Virus record (IMG/VR): IMGVR_UViG_3300048924_000100
Location: 62,001 to 126,000 of that record
DNA length: 64,000 nt
Strand: one strand, 5' to 3'
Below, in pieces: positions 48,735 through 57,892 of this stretch. Made by a program: the position numbers and the translations under genes. Within the stretch, counting starts at the first letter, position 1, and each line of letters starts with the position of its first letter. The notes under the pieces were generated by a model. That model searched no databases and was not told where the DNA came from. It worked only from the letters and a program-made list of their open reading frames with translations.

Positions 48735-49519
48735 GTCAGATGACAAAGCAGGATCGCGAAGATATTCTCCAGGAAGACTTTGCCTTTCTTCAAACCGTTA
48801 AAGTACAAGACGTCAACGGCAAGTTGATGATGAGTGACGGCGAAGTTCCATTCAACGTGGAAACCGTCCTCTACGAGAAAGAATTCGTACGCGACTGGCT
48901 GATGCCTTTCGCCATCGGTAATGATCTGGGCAAGAACTACTTCAAAGTCAACGAGTGGTTCCAGATCTCCGGTAACGGTACCCGTGCTGTCATGGTAGTG
49001 GATGACGACCACAAGCCAGTGCTGATCATTGCACCGATGATCAACCACAACCTGACCGAACGCGAATACCGCATGATGGAACAGGCCAGCCGGATGATCC
49101 ACAGTCACAGCGCCGACACCATGAAGAAGAACGATCCCAACGCCAACCTTAGTCTGGCCAAGGCACTGACAGCGGCGCTGGACAAGAAGAAGCGCGTTAC
49201 GCTTACTGAAATGATCGCGCCTGAGTTCTACGCCAAGCACGGCGTTATCCCTGAAGCTGAAAAGCAGATCTACTACATCAAGGATAACCTGAACAACAAC
49301 AGCCGCGACATCAAGGACATCAATGCGATTCGTCCTACGCTCTATGCAAACCATCGCAAAGAGCCGGTAACCCAGGAACAGGTCGAACAGGTTAACGCCT
49401 TGATGACCGGTAACACCGAGTTCCACTTCAACGAAGAATCCATCAAAGACGCCAAGAAAAGTGTCAGTGTTCGTCGCTCCGATGACCGGGAAGTTCCGTC
49501 CGACCCGCTGGAGTGCTAA
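48731..49519 (+). CDS. Conserved hypothetical protein
   Basis: 262 aa; coupled to the previous gene by an ATGA overlap. Confidence 0.7.
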   Translation: MSQMTKQDREDILQEDFAFLQTVKVQDVNGKLMMSDGEVPFNVETVLYEKEFVRDWLMPFAIGNDLGKNYFKVNEWFQISGNGTRAVMVVDDDHKPVLIIAPMINHNLTEREYRMMEQASRMIHSHSADTMKKNDPNANLSLAKALTAALDKKKRVTLTEMIAPEFYAKHGVIPEAEKQIYYIKDNLNNNSRDIKDINAIRPTLYANHRKEPVTQEQVEQVNALMTGNTEFHFNEESIKDAKKSVSVRRSDDREVPSDPLEC

Positions 49520-49540
49520 TTACCATTAGGGGATTTATAA

Positions 49541-50662
49541 GTGCGTTTTCTCTGGAGCTCTGATCAACACACGCTGCACCAAGTAACACCCACGCCGCAT
49601 ATCCTAAGTAACCTGACTACCTTTCTCCAGAAAGAAAATGATCTGGCTAAAGTAGACTTGGTAGGGTTTGGTGGCGACTTCATGGAACGCATGGTTGAGT
49701 CCCCTAACGCTGACATGTTTAAAGTCAAAGACTGGGGGCGTGACTTCCTCCATGATGCCTTTGATGCTAACCCCAAGATTACAGTGATCTGGTTAGCGGG
49801 CACTGAATCTCACGACGCAGGTCAACCCCGACACTTTGTAAACCTCGCACCCCGAGGCATGGATGTCCGGTACATTGACACGTTGTCGATTGAGGTGCTC
49901 CCACACCTAGATAACTTGTCCATTATGTTTGTTCCAGACAACATGGGCAGTATGTCGCCAGATGAGATCTGGGAGCGGGCACTCCAGGTCTTAAAGGCAA
50001 ACGACATGGACAAGGTCGATATGATCTGGTTCCATGGCGGGTTTACTTTTCAGTTACACGCCGCAGCCCAAAAGCACGCACACCTGTTGGAGCGGTGGGA
50101 AACTATCGTTCACTTCGGTATCTTTGCAGGCCATATTCACAAGCCGGTGCAAAAGGGGAAACTCTATACGTCCGGTTCGTTTGACCGTACTGCTCATGGC
50201 GAAGAACATCCCAAGGGCGGCTATGTGGTGGACCTGGATAAGAAGAAGAACACCTTCTTACCAACGTTCTGGGAAAACAAGAATGCTTTGCCGTTCCTCA
50301 CAATGCACGTGGCTTCCGATATCACGCCTGAAAAGCTGATCACGGATTTCCACACCTTTGTTGCAGCCCGTAGACTTCCTCCCTTTTCGCAAGTGCGTAT
50401 TAAAGGAGGCAAGGCTGAGATCGTTAACCCGATCGTTGAAGTCATGAAAAAAGACTACCCCATGTTTGGGATCAAGGCAGAGAACGAAGTCGAGAAGGGC
50501 GTCAGTATTGACGAGACTTTGTTTGATGCTAAGGCCTATGAGGGGGTTTCATTAACTAAAGATAACTTAAACGACTCGCTTCGACCTGAAGTCGAAGATC
50601 GGTTCCTGGAGTTGGGGATTGATTTAGAAGAGGCGTTTGAGGTGCTTGAGGAGTTCAAATGA
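49541..50662 (+). CDS. sbcD: SbcD/Mre11-like metallophosphoesterase nuclease
   Basis: SDQH, GGDF, GTESHD, FHG and GHIH motifs. Confidence 0.85.
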   Translation: MRFLWSSDQHTLHQVTPTPHILSNLTTFLQKENDLAKVDLVGFGGDFMERMVESPNADMFKVKDWGRDFLHDAFDANPKITVIWLAGTESHDAGQPRHFVNLAPRGMDVRYIDTLSIEVLPHLDNLSIMFVPDNMGSMSPDEIWERALQVLKANDMDKVDMIWFHGGFTFQLHAAAQKHAHLLERWETIVHFGIFAGHIHKPVQKGKLYTSGSFDRTAHGEEHPKGGYVVDLDKKKNTFLPTFWENKNALPFLTMHVASDITPEKLITDFHTFVAARRLPPFSQVRIKGGKAEIVNPIVEVMKKDYPMFGIKAENEVEKGVSIDETLFDAKAYEGVSLTKDNLNDSLRPEVEDRFLELGIDLEEAFEVLEEFK

Positions 50663-51453
50663 GAGCACTGGGTGCGTTAGGCATGTCGGTGGGGACTTCA
50701 CTGGCATTAGAACTCGGCGGGGATGCTATTCGTTCTGCGGATACCCTGCTGTTCAATCTCAGGACATTAATACGTAACGCCCAAGCGGCTTACGAGAAAG
50801 ATGATGCTGGTTCGGATGACGTTAATACGTTGACCAAAGATGTTGAAGAAGACCTCGTCAAGTTAGGCCAGTATCTCGAAGGGCTGCGTAAAGGTAAGCC
50901 TATCGCGATGGTGGTCTACTATCCGTCGTATAAGGGGTTGAAAAGCCGGTACAAGTACGCCGAGCTGACCGACTTCCTTAATAACGGTACGGAGAAGCAG
51001 AAGAAGTTTGCACGCCTTACCAAAGACGTTGCGTCCGCTCTAATGAGCAAGCACGCTAAGATCCTCACGGCTACTGATATTGGTATGCCTGATTTTAAGG
51101 GGAACGGCGTTGTCATGACGCACCACGTGGTCGACCTTGCAGAAGCACCAGGGTACGGCCGTCTCTTCCTCTTGGAATCTTACACCGGGGTATTAAAACC
51201 ATTCACGGGGTGGTACACCAAGTTGACGGGTGGTGAGGATTTGCACTACATGCCGTTCAACCGTCTCACTATTCAAATCTTTGGTGATCGCTCAACCAAC
51301 TTTAAATCTTCCTCTAAGGCGATTAAAGACCTGGTTAAGAAGACGGCCATTGATGGCAAATGGACTTCAGCCACATCGTTGAGTCGGGTGAGGAACACTA
51401 TCATGAACTTAGACAACCAAGTCGACAAGGCTGGACTCTTGATGATGCTGTAA
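50659..51453 (+). CDS. Conserved hypothetical protein (gp66-like)
   Basis: 264 aa; coupled to sbcD; synteny. Confidence 0.65.
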   Translation: MRALGALGMSVGTSLALELGGDAIRSADTLLFNLRTLIRNAQAAYEKDDAGSDDVNTLTKDVEEDLVKLGQYLEGLRKGKPIAMVVYYPSYKGLKSRYKYAELTDFLNNGTEKQKKFARLTKDVASALMSKHAKILTATDIGMPDFKGNGVVMTHHVVDLAEAPGYGRLFLLESYTGVLKPFTGWYTKLTGGEDLHYMPFNRLTIQIFGDRSTNFKSSSKAIKDLVKKTAIDGKWTSATSLSRVRNTIMNLDNQVDKAGLLMML

Positions 51454-51550
51454 GGACCAGAATACGTGGTAAGTTAACATTCCACTGCACCACCATTCAT
51501 ATAGACTAAACCACCAATTTCCCCCAGTTTGAAAAAGAAGGTAAACTGCT

Positions 51551-52276
51551 ATGAACGGACAACGCCCTCAAGGTGCTCCAAATGGTCAGAAGCGTAAAAA
51601 GACGTTCCTGAACGACTACCGCCAGGCGCATCCTGCAACGGACGCTCCTATCAACGGTGGTAAATACCCCGCTCAACTGATGTTCGAGCAAAAGATCACC
51701 GGCCAAATCGTGCTGAAGATCAACGACGGCGTGTTCTCCGAAGGCAAGTCGACACACAAAGAAGTCGAACTCGATGCCTACGACCGCGGTCAGTTGTTCG
51801 AAGCACTGAAAGACGCCGCTGACCTTACCGGCAACCCGAACTTCAAAGCTGCCAAGGTTATCCCGGCTAAGCACCAGTTCGTGTTCCAAGGCGGTTCGGG
51901 TCGCATGTCCGACAAGCCAGTCGTGCAGTGCAACTTCACCATCACCCGTGAAGACAACGGCGAGATCACCCTGGGCTACAGCAAGGGCGACTACAAAGCA
52001 CTGATCCGCTTCAAAGGTCCTCGCAGCATGACCGTAATGATGCGTACTCCGTCGGGCGAAGTGGTCGACGACAAAGGCATCATGTCCCGCTGGGCTGTGC
52101 GTCACTGGGTGGGCTTCATGAAGCCGGTTCTGGAACGTATGGAACTCGAAGGTTGGGAACCACCTAAGCCTCGTAACACCGACGGCGGTAACGGCGGTGG
52201 TGGCGGTGGTCGTAACAACAACGACAGCAACAGTTCCTCTGGCAGTGCCACTGACGACTTCGACGACGAATTCTAA
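51551..52276 (+). CDS. chmC: ChmC-like nucleic-acid-binding protein (gp67-like)
   Basis: Position upstream of the gp68-like gene; Gly/Asn-rich disordered tail ending in acidic DDFDDEF. Confidence 0.55.
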   Translation: MNGQRPQGAPNGQKRKKTFLNDYRQAHPATDAPINGGKYPAQLMFEQKITGQIVLKINDGVFSEGKSTHKEVELDAYDRGQLFEALKDAADLTGNPNFKAAKVIPAKHQFVFQGGSGRMSDKPVVQCNFTITREDNGEITLGYSKGDYKALIRFKGPRSMTVMMRTPSGEVVDDKGIMSRWAVRHWVGFMKPVLERMELEGWEPPKPRNTDGGNGGGGGGRNNNDSNSSSGSATDDFDDEF

Positions 52277-52357
52277 TCGTCCAAATGCTGATAAGAGCGG
52301 AGGGCGTTCCTCCGTTCTACCAAACCCTATGGCTGATAACTGATTATCGGAGGCTTT

Positions 52358-52789
52358 ATGGCTCGTCCCGAAAACCTTGCTATTAACCGAGCTGCCTGGG
52401 ACGCGCTACCGCCTACCCAAACTCTCGACATGATAATACCAGGACTAGACCCATTTACTGTCAGACTGGTCCGCCCTGACCTTAAGCAAGATCTCGGAGA
52501 ATGGAATACCTGCTACATCATTTATTTCGAGGGTAAACCACCGCTTGGTTATGATAAGCGATACGACAAGTTGGGGTGTATCATTTTAATAAACAAGAAT
52601 GGGACATCGGATACGGAGTTCTACATCACCATTGAAGAGCCAGAAATCTCTACGGGGAAATCTTGGGGTACTCCAGTGGATCTGCGTTACAATCCTTTCC
52701 GTGCAAACCCTCAAGCATTTACTGACCAAGTTCTGGACTATCTGTACGCTAAGGCGAGTGAGCTGGGCAAGCTCAGAGTGGTTAGCTAA
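52358..52789 (+). CDS. Hypothetical protein
   Basis: GGAGG RBS; 143 aa; more AT-rich than its neighbours. Confidence 0.6.
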   Translation: MARPENLAINRAAWDALPPTQTLDMIIPGLDPFTVRLVRPDLKQDLGEWNTCYIIYFEGKPPLGYDKRYDKLGCIILINKNGTSDTEFYITIEEPEISTGKSWGTPVDLRYNPFRANPQAFTDQVLDYLYAKASELGKLRVVS

Positions 52790-52793
52790 AAAG

Positions 52794-52811
52794 ATTTAAA
52801 ACCTACATTAT
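52794..52811 (+). promoter_or_regulatory. Early promoter variant
   Basis: ATTTAAAACCTACATTAT. Confidence 0.55.
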
Positions 52812-52848
52812 TTGCCTGTAGACGCTATTACTGTTTGGAGTTAGCATC

Positions 52849-54408
52849 ATGCTTGAGTTCGCTATACGTCGCACATCCAGCAAGAAGTTCGAAGGGATCC
52901 TGATCACGTTCAACGATCAGATTATTAAGTTCAATGGCGAGGCAGCCATCAAGCTGGAACGCACAATCAAGGATCGCAGCGACGCCACCTACAATCTGTT
53001 CGACTGCCTTAACGATTACATCGCAGGCACGATGGACCACGAGCAGCAGAAAGAGCTGTTCAACCTGTACAACAAAGCTCACGTGATTGTTGACAGCGGC
53101 AAGTTCCAGGATTACAACGATGACCTGGCTCAGCTGAAACCGATTACTGATGAGATCCTCGATTTCATTAACGTACCTAAGTACTGCTCGTTCATCCATT
53201 ACTCCAAGTACATGAAGATCCCCAAAGATCTGAGTGAAGCGGCGAGTAAAGGCGACTACCCAGAACAAACCACCATCCGCGACCACGACTACGTCGAGCA
53301 GGTTAAGTTGGCGTTTGTTGCTCGGGTTATCTATCCGATCGTCTTCGGCTTGCAAGCACGATTCGAAGTGGTCATGGGCAGCGGTGGTTTCAGTGATCTG
53401 GCCTGCGGTAACCTGATCAAGGACAACCCATGGATCATCAACTTGCCGGGTTGGCACAAGCTGGTTGGCTATGTCAAGTTCGCATTTGACAAGCGCGGTA
53501 TTCCTACCCAGCCTGACAGCGTCACCAGTGTTGAGAACTTTGTTGATAAAGTACTTTTTAACACGGTGTTCAATCGTTTATGTTGTGCGGCTATTCCTGA
53601 AACGGAAGAAGGCAAGAACATTGCCACTGCTATCAACGCCTCGGTTAAGCAGCACGAGTCTTTGGGCGGTAACTTCACGCAACGGGATTACCCAAGCGAG
53701 TCGGACGATGACAAACGTTCGATGCTGGACAAACACCAGATCAGTGAAGAAGTGCGTTCAACTGACGATACAGTAGCGGCTGAGTTCTTCAGCTTCACAC
53801 TGTTCGACGAAGAAGACAATCCTCGTTATAAGGATCGCTTCAAGTATACCTGCCAAGCGCTGGGTATTCAGAACGTTGAGTTGGTGGAAAAGATCTACGA
53901 CAACCTGTCGCCTCATTGGGACTTCGAGTTGGAAGATCATATCCTCAAACTCCTGCAACTGGTCTTTGCATTTGAGGTCTCGCCGTTTGCTTTTGAAGCA
54001 GCCGGTTATGATCAGTTAATGGCGGCTATCTGTGTGGCACAGGTACGACTGCACGAGCAGGGCTACAAATACCTGCCGTCAGTGATTGGCGCGATCAAGG
54101 ATCCTAACGGTGAATTGTCGTTGCCAGATGGATTCAGCTTGAGCGAAGAAGATCGTCAGTTCATGGCATCTATCTGCGAGATCCAGAGCCGTAACAATGA
54201 AGGCCGCTCGTTTAACGAAGCGGTACAAGCCGCGCAATCGTTCCTTGATAAGTTCGGTCGCGGCATCTGGCAGTCCAACTTGGAATATGGGGTGTTGGAC
54301 ACACCAGAGACTTACGCACTCGTGCGCCCAGGCAAACTCTTTGCCCTGGAAATCAGTGTTGAAGTTAAGAACGAATTCATGGCGTTGAACCGTAAAGTAA
54401 ACGCCTGA
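52849..54408 (+). CDS. Non-virion RNAP promoter-specificity (sigma-like) subunit, gp68-like
   Basis: 519 aa; size and position in the nvRNAP block match phiKZ gp68. Confidence 0.7.
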   Translation: MLEFAIRRTSSKKFEGILITFNDQIIKFNGEAAIKLERTIKDRSDATYNLFDCLNDYIAGTMDHEQQKELFNLYNKAHVIVDSGKFQDYNDDLAQLKPITDEILDFINVPKYCSFIHYSKYMKIPKDLSEAASKGDYPEQTTIRDHDYVEQVKLAFVARVIYPIVFGLQARFEVVMGSGGFSDLACGNLIKDNPWIINLPGWHKLVGYVKFAFDKRGIPTQPDSVTSVENFVDKVLFNTVFNRLCCAAIPETEEGKNIATAINASVKQHESLGGNFTQRDYPSESDDDKRSMLDKHQISEEVRSTDDTVAAEFFSFTLFDEEDNPRYKDRFKYTCQALGIQNVELVEKIYDNLSPHWDFELEDHILKLLQLVFAFEVSPFAFEAAGYDQLMAAICVAQVRLHEQGYKYLPSVIGAIKDPNGELSLPDGFSLSEEDRQFMASICEIQSRNNEGRSFNEAVQAAQSFLDKFGRGIWQSNLEYGVLDTPETYALVRPGKLFALEISVEVKNEFMALNRKVNA

Positions 54409-54443
54409 GCAATTAAAGCAAGACTATCTTCGAGGTTAGCAAC

Positions 54444-55877
54444 ATGGCTGAAATTACATTGATCAAAGCCGTATTCGGCATGGGCAACAAGAACCACGAC
54501 CATGTTCATCGGCACAACATCCTGGACATGTCCACTTACAACATCGACACCGTGAAGATGGAACAGCACCAGGGTGGCGTAACTGCTAACACCCTGAACT
54601 CCATTGCAGCACAGTCGGGTGGTTTGACCACGAAGCCATTGGGTTACGTCAACATCGAAGACGGGTTCAACACTCGCCGTGGTCTCGGCATGCTTAGCTT
54701 CCTCATTACCAACAACTCGATCGAAACAGCTGAGTTAGCCGTACTGGGTTACATGACAGGCGGTCAGGCCAGTCACGAAGGTATTGAACCGCAGACCATG
54801 TTTGTACCGGTTCGCTGCTGGGATACACGTACTACCCAGAAGTTCGACAACATGGGTATGCCGATGGCGTCGACTGTTATTACTGGTTCGCACCAGTTCT
54901 TGATGGGTGACCCAACTGGTCGTGATGAACTTAAGTCGGTTCGTCCTATCGACATGGCTCAGGAAGTACTGGGTTACATGGCCAGTACTGCAGACGGCAT
55001 GGATGATGGCTTCGATGGCATCTTGGCAGCTGACCTGCGTAACAACGTAGTGATGTCCAAGACCGACAACCTCAACCCAACTCACCACGCTCGTGAGCTG
55101 TTGAAGATTGCCGCGGCCACTACGACTGAAGGCCAGTACACCGGTATTGCGAATGCTATCGGCGATGCAATGATTGGTCCTGGCATTGGTGAAGAAGCGC
55201 TGACGTCTAACGAGTTCTTCAAGACCATGATGTCGGCTGGTGGTAGCTTCTCCATGGCTAACTTCATGGGCTGGAGCATGGCTGAGATCCACTCGGTCTT
55301 CACCAACCTGCCAGACGTGATGAACATCACCCTGCTGGATCCAAACGCTACTGTGGGCGTAGACCACACGTTGGACTCCACTGAGTATGGTGGCGCTAAC
55401 AGCTTCGAGACAATCGCCTCCGAGCTGGCTTACCTGACTGTGCACATGCTGATCAAGTGCGGTCTGACTCACCTGGTGTTCAGTGCCACCAACAACCCAC
55501 ATCACTTCAGCGGCCTGGAAGGTTCTGATACGGGTGTGGAAGTGGTAACCGGTACATTCGGTTCGGTGCTCGATCACGATGACACCGCTATCAACCGTGT
55601 TGAACGTTTCAAGGATCTGCTGCGGTCGTTGTTCTTCAGCAAGTACTCGACTCAGTTCGTACACACCTCCACGCTGTTGAGTGTGCAGGTTAGCTGTCAC
55701 CTGTTCGGTGAAACCGACGTCACTGTGTTCTTCAACGGTGAAGAAAACAAACAGCGTAAGTACGTTAATGCTACGTACAACGTTAACCGGACCAGTACAA
55801 ACATCACCAGCAGCCAAGCTGGTCTGAATGAAGCGCAAAACTTCATGCAGAACATCACCGACTACTTTACGAAATAA
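54444..55877 (+). CDS. picA: Phage-nucleus protein import factor PicA/Imp1 (gp69-like)
   Basis: 477 aa; immediately downstream of the gp68-like gene; assigned by synteny only. Confidence 0.6.
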   Translation: MAEITLIKAVFGMGNKNHDHVHRHNILDMSTYNIDTVKMEQHQGGVTANTLNSIAAQSGGLTTKPLGYVNIEDGFNTRRGLGMLSFLITNNSIETAELAVLGYMTGGQASHEGIEPQTMFVPVRCWDTRTTQKFDNMGMPMASTVITGSHQFLMGDPTGRDELKSVRPIDMAQEVLGYMASTADGMDDGFDGILAADLRNNVVMSKTDNLNPTHHARELLKIAAATTTEGQYTGIANAIGDAMIGPGIGEEALTSNEFFKTMMSAGGSFSMANFMGWSMAEIHSVFTNLPDVMNITLLDPNATVGVDHTLDSTEYGGANSFETIASELAYLTVHMLIKCGLTHLVFSATNNPHHFSGLEGSDTGVEVVTGTFGSVLDHDDTAINRVERFKDLLRSLFFSKYSTQFVHTSTLLSVQVSCHLFGETDVTVFFNGEENKQRKYVNATYNVNRTSTNITSSQAGLNEAQNFMQNITDYFTK

Positions 55878-55886
55878 GGATCCGTC

Positions 55887-57353
55887 ATGAATGAATTGAA
55901 CAAGTTGTATAAAGCCATGCTAATGTCGTGGGGCTCCGTGATCAAGGATGACGCACGCATCGTGGTCTCCATCAACGGTGACGAGATCCCTGTTCGTATC
56001 GACGACATGGACCTGTACCTGCCGCAGTCCGAAGTACTGGACGGCAACTGCATCGACAAGGTGTTCTTCCACCCGGCCTGTGAGAACGTCACCTCCAAGG
56101 AAACTGAAGTCTTCAAGGTGATCCGTCGCCTGTCGACCCTCAAGCTCCTGACCACGTTCTCCGAATACGTACCGATCATGTTCGGTGTGGCCAGCAAGAA
56201 CACCAAGCAAGCCTGGCGCCAGAACATCCTCGACATGCTCGAGCCTCTGAAGTCGGCGAAGCGTGTCTACCGTGATGAGTTGAAGAAACTCTTCCAGCAG
56301 ATGCAGGTAGAAGTCAACGACAACGGTGTGGACAACCGGTTCATTCACATCAAGGTCACCAAAGGCGGTGGTCGTGGCAAGACTGGTGAGAAGGTCTACT
56401 ACAAAGCCAAGCCGGTGTTCCCGTTCTACAACGAGATCGTCAAGCGCCTGGCTCGCTCTGAAGGCCAGTCCGAGAACCAGACCGTTGAACTGAACGGCTA
56501 CAGCGTATCCATCGGTGCTCTAAAGCTGGCGGCTCACCTGTTCAAGGAAATCCTGCCAATCGTAGAAACCCCGGACGATCTCGAAGTCGAGGCAACCAGT
56601 CAAGTGGCTGCGCGTCTGTGTGCTTACCTGGGTTGCTACTACGAACTGGCTGAACAGCTGAATCGTATCCAGAACACTTTCCGTGCTGACTTCGACAAGG
56701 CCGGTGTCTACCCAATCGACACCAACTGGTACGAACACCTGGACGAGCTGCCAGAAATCTATCGTCAGGTGCCTACGCTTGATTATAATAGCCACAACAC
56801 CCAAGACGAAGAAGTTCAGCAGAGCACTACCCAACGCAACAACCAAAACCTGTTCTCGGTCAGCGGTAGCGGCAATCGCAACCAGAACAATAACAACAAC
56901 CAAAACAACAACCAGGGTAACAACAATAACAACAACAAAGGCGGCAATAACCAGGCCAATGTTGTTGGTGGTAATGATGGTAGCTACGACACCACTGTTC
57001 CAGCAATGGAATACGGCGACAACTATGTCAAGACCGAGATCGACTACATGGCCGGTCACGTCAACCACTACGCCATGAACAACAATGGCAACCAGGTCAT
57101 CTATCAGTGCACTCGTCACGGTAACGTGCTGCGTCGTATCGAAAGCAGCATGAACAACATGATGGGTGGGATGAACAACATGATGGGCGGCATGGGTGGC
57201 ATGATGGGTGGTGGCCAGCAATTGGCTAACGGCATGATCCTGCTTCCTAACGGCATGACGGTAATGCCACAGCAACTGCAACAAATGATGCGTCCATCGA
57301 CAGCTGCCAGTGCACCAGGCGGTTCTGTTGATTACTCGGCCACGACTTTCTAA
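55887..57353 (+). CDS. Conserved protein (gp70-like) with N/Q- and M/G-rich low-complexity tail
   Basis: FFHPACEN motif, synteny and a prion-like C-terminus. Confidence 0.7.
   Translation: MNELNKLYKAMLMSWGSVIKDDARIVVSINGDEIPVRIDDMDLYLPQSEVLDGNCIDKVFFHPACENVTSKETEVFKVIRRLSTLKLLTTFSEYVPIMFGVASKNTKQAWRQNILDMLEPLKSAKRVYRDELKKLFQQMQVEVNDNGVDNRFIHIKVTKGGGRGKTGEKVYYKAKPVFPFYNEIVKRLARSEGQSENQTVELNGYSVSIGALKLAAHLFKEILPIVETPDDLEVEATSQVAARLCAYLGCYYELAEQLNRIQNTFRADFDKAGVYPIDTNWYEHLDELPEIYRQVPTLDYNSHNTQDEEVQQSTTQRNNQNLFSVSGSGNRNQNNNNNQNNNQGNNNNNNKGGNNQANVVGGNDGSYDTTVPAMEYGDNYVKTEIDYMAGHVNHYAMNNNGNQVIYQCTRHGNVLRRIESSMNNMMGGMNNMMGGMGGMMGGGQQLANGMILLPNGMTVMPQQLQQMMRPSTAASAPGGSVDYSATTF
57150..57215 (+). repeat. 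Coding tandem repeat (MNNMMGG)x2 + MGG/MMGG
   Basis: ATGAACAACATGATGGGYGGS repeated. Confidence 0.8.
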
Positions 57354-57369
57354 AGCGGCCATAAGGCTA

Positions 57370-57411
57370 GCGGGCTGGGGATATCCCCAGCCCGCAATAC
57401 CCTTTCTTTTT
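57370..57411. terminator. Terminator between convergent genes
   Basis: GCGGGCTGGGG-ATAT-CCCCAGCCCGC. Confidence 0.8.
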
Positions 57412-57751
57412 AAGCTTTTACTGTATTGGCTCTGGCTATGGCTTTGTTCAGATCGCTCTCGTTGATCAACTGAAACGAGTGAAGGTTGGACACATCCTGA
57501 TTGGGATCAATGATGTCGTTAATATACGCTGTGGCCCAACGCAGATGCGCAGGAACATTCATCGACCGCATTACCCGATAGAAGTCAGTGCGGAAGGCAA
57601 ACAGCATCGCACGGTCTACGATTGGGATGGTCTGAGAACCACGCAGCAGTATTTCTTTTTCAGAGCGTACTAGAATCTTGAAGGCATCGGTATAGAACAG
57701 CTCTTTACCGTTGTCAGCTTCATTGTTTGGAATTGGCATGGTCCTCTCCAA
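57410..57751 (-). CDS. Hypothetical protein
   Basis: ~110 aa with a GGAGAGG RBS; the probable start is ATG 57739. Confidence 0.6.
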   Translation of the reverse strand: MERTMPIPNNEADNGKELFYTDAFKILVRSEKEILLRGSQTIPIVDRAMLFAFRTDFYRVMRSMNVPAHLRWATAYINDIIDPNQDVSNLHSFQLINESDLNKAIARANTVKA

Positions 57752-57813
57752 GCTAAATGTTAACTGGCTGCCCCATCCTTTATTGCTATAAGCGATATGG
57801 CAACCCTAATAAA

Positions 57814-57830
57814 ACTTAAACCTATATCAT
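57814..57830 (+). promoter_or_regulatory. Early promoter variant
   Basis: ACTTAAACCTATATCAT upstream of nvRNAP betaC. Confidence 0.45.
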
Positions 57831-57892
57831 CTTGATGAATGGGTAGTCAGATCTCTTTGTAGATCAAGTTTAAGATAATAGGAGAAAGCATT

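Noticed and set aside
56870-57215. AAC-rich and 21-nt repeats as a possible CRISPR or DGR-like array
   Set aside because: They are in-frame coding repeats with no spacers and no cas or reverse-transcriptase gene.
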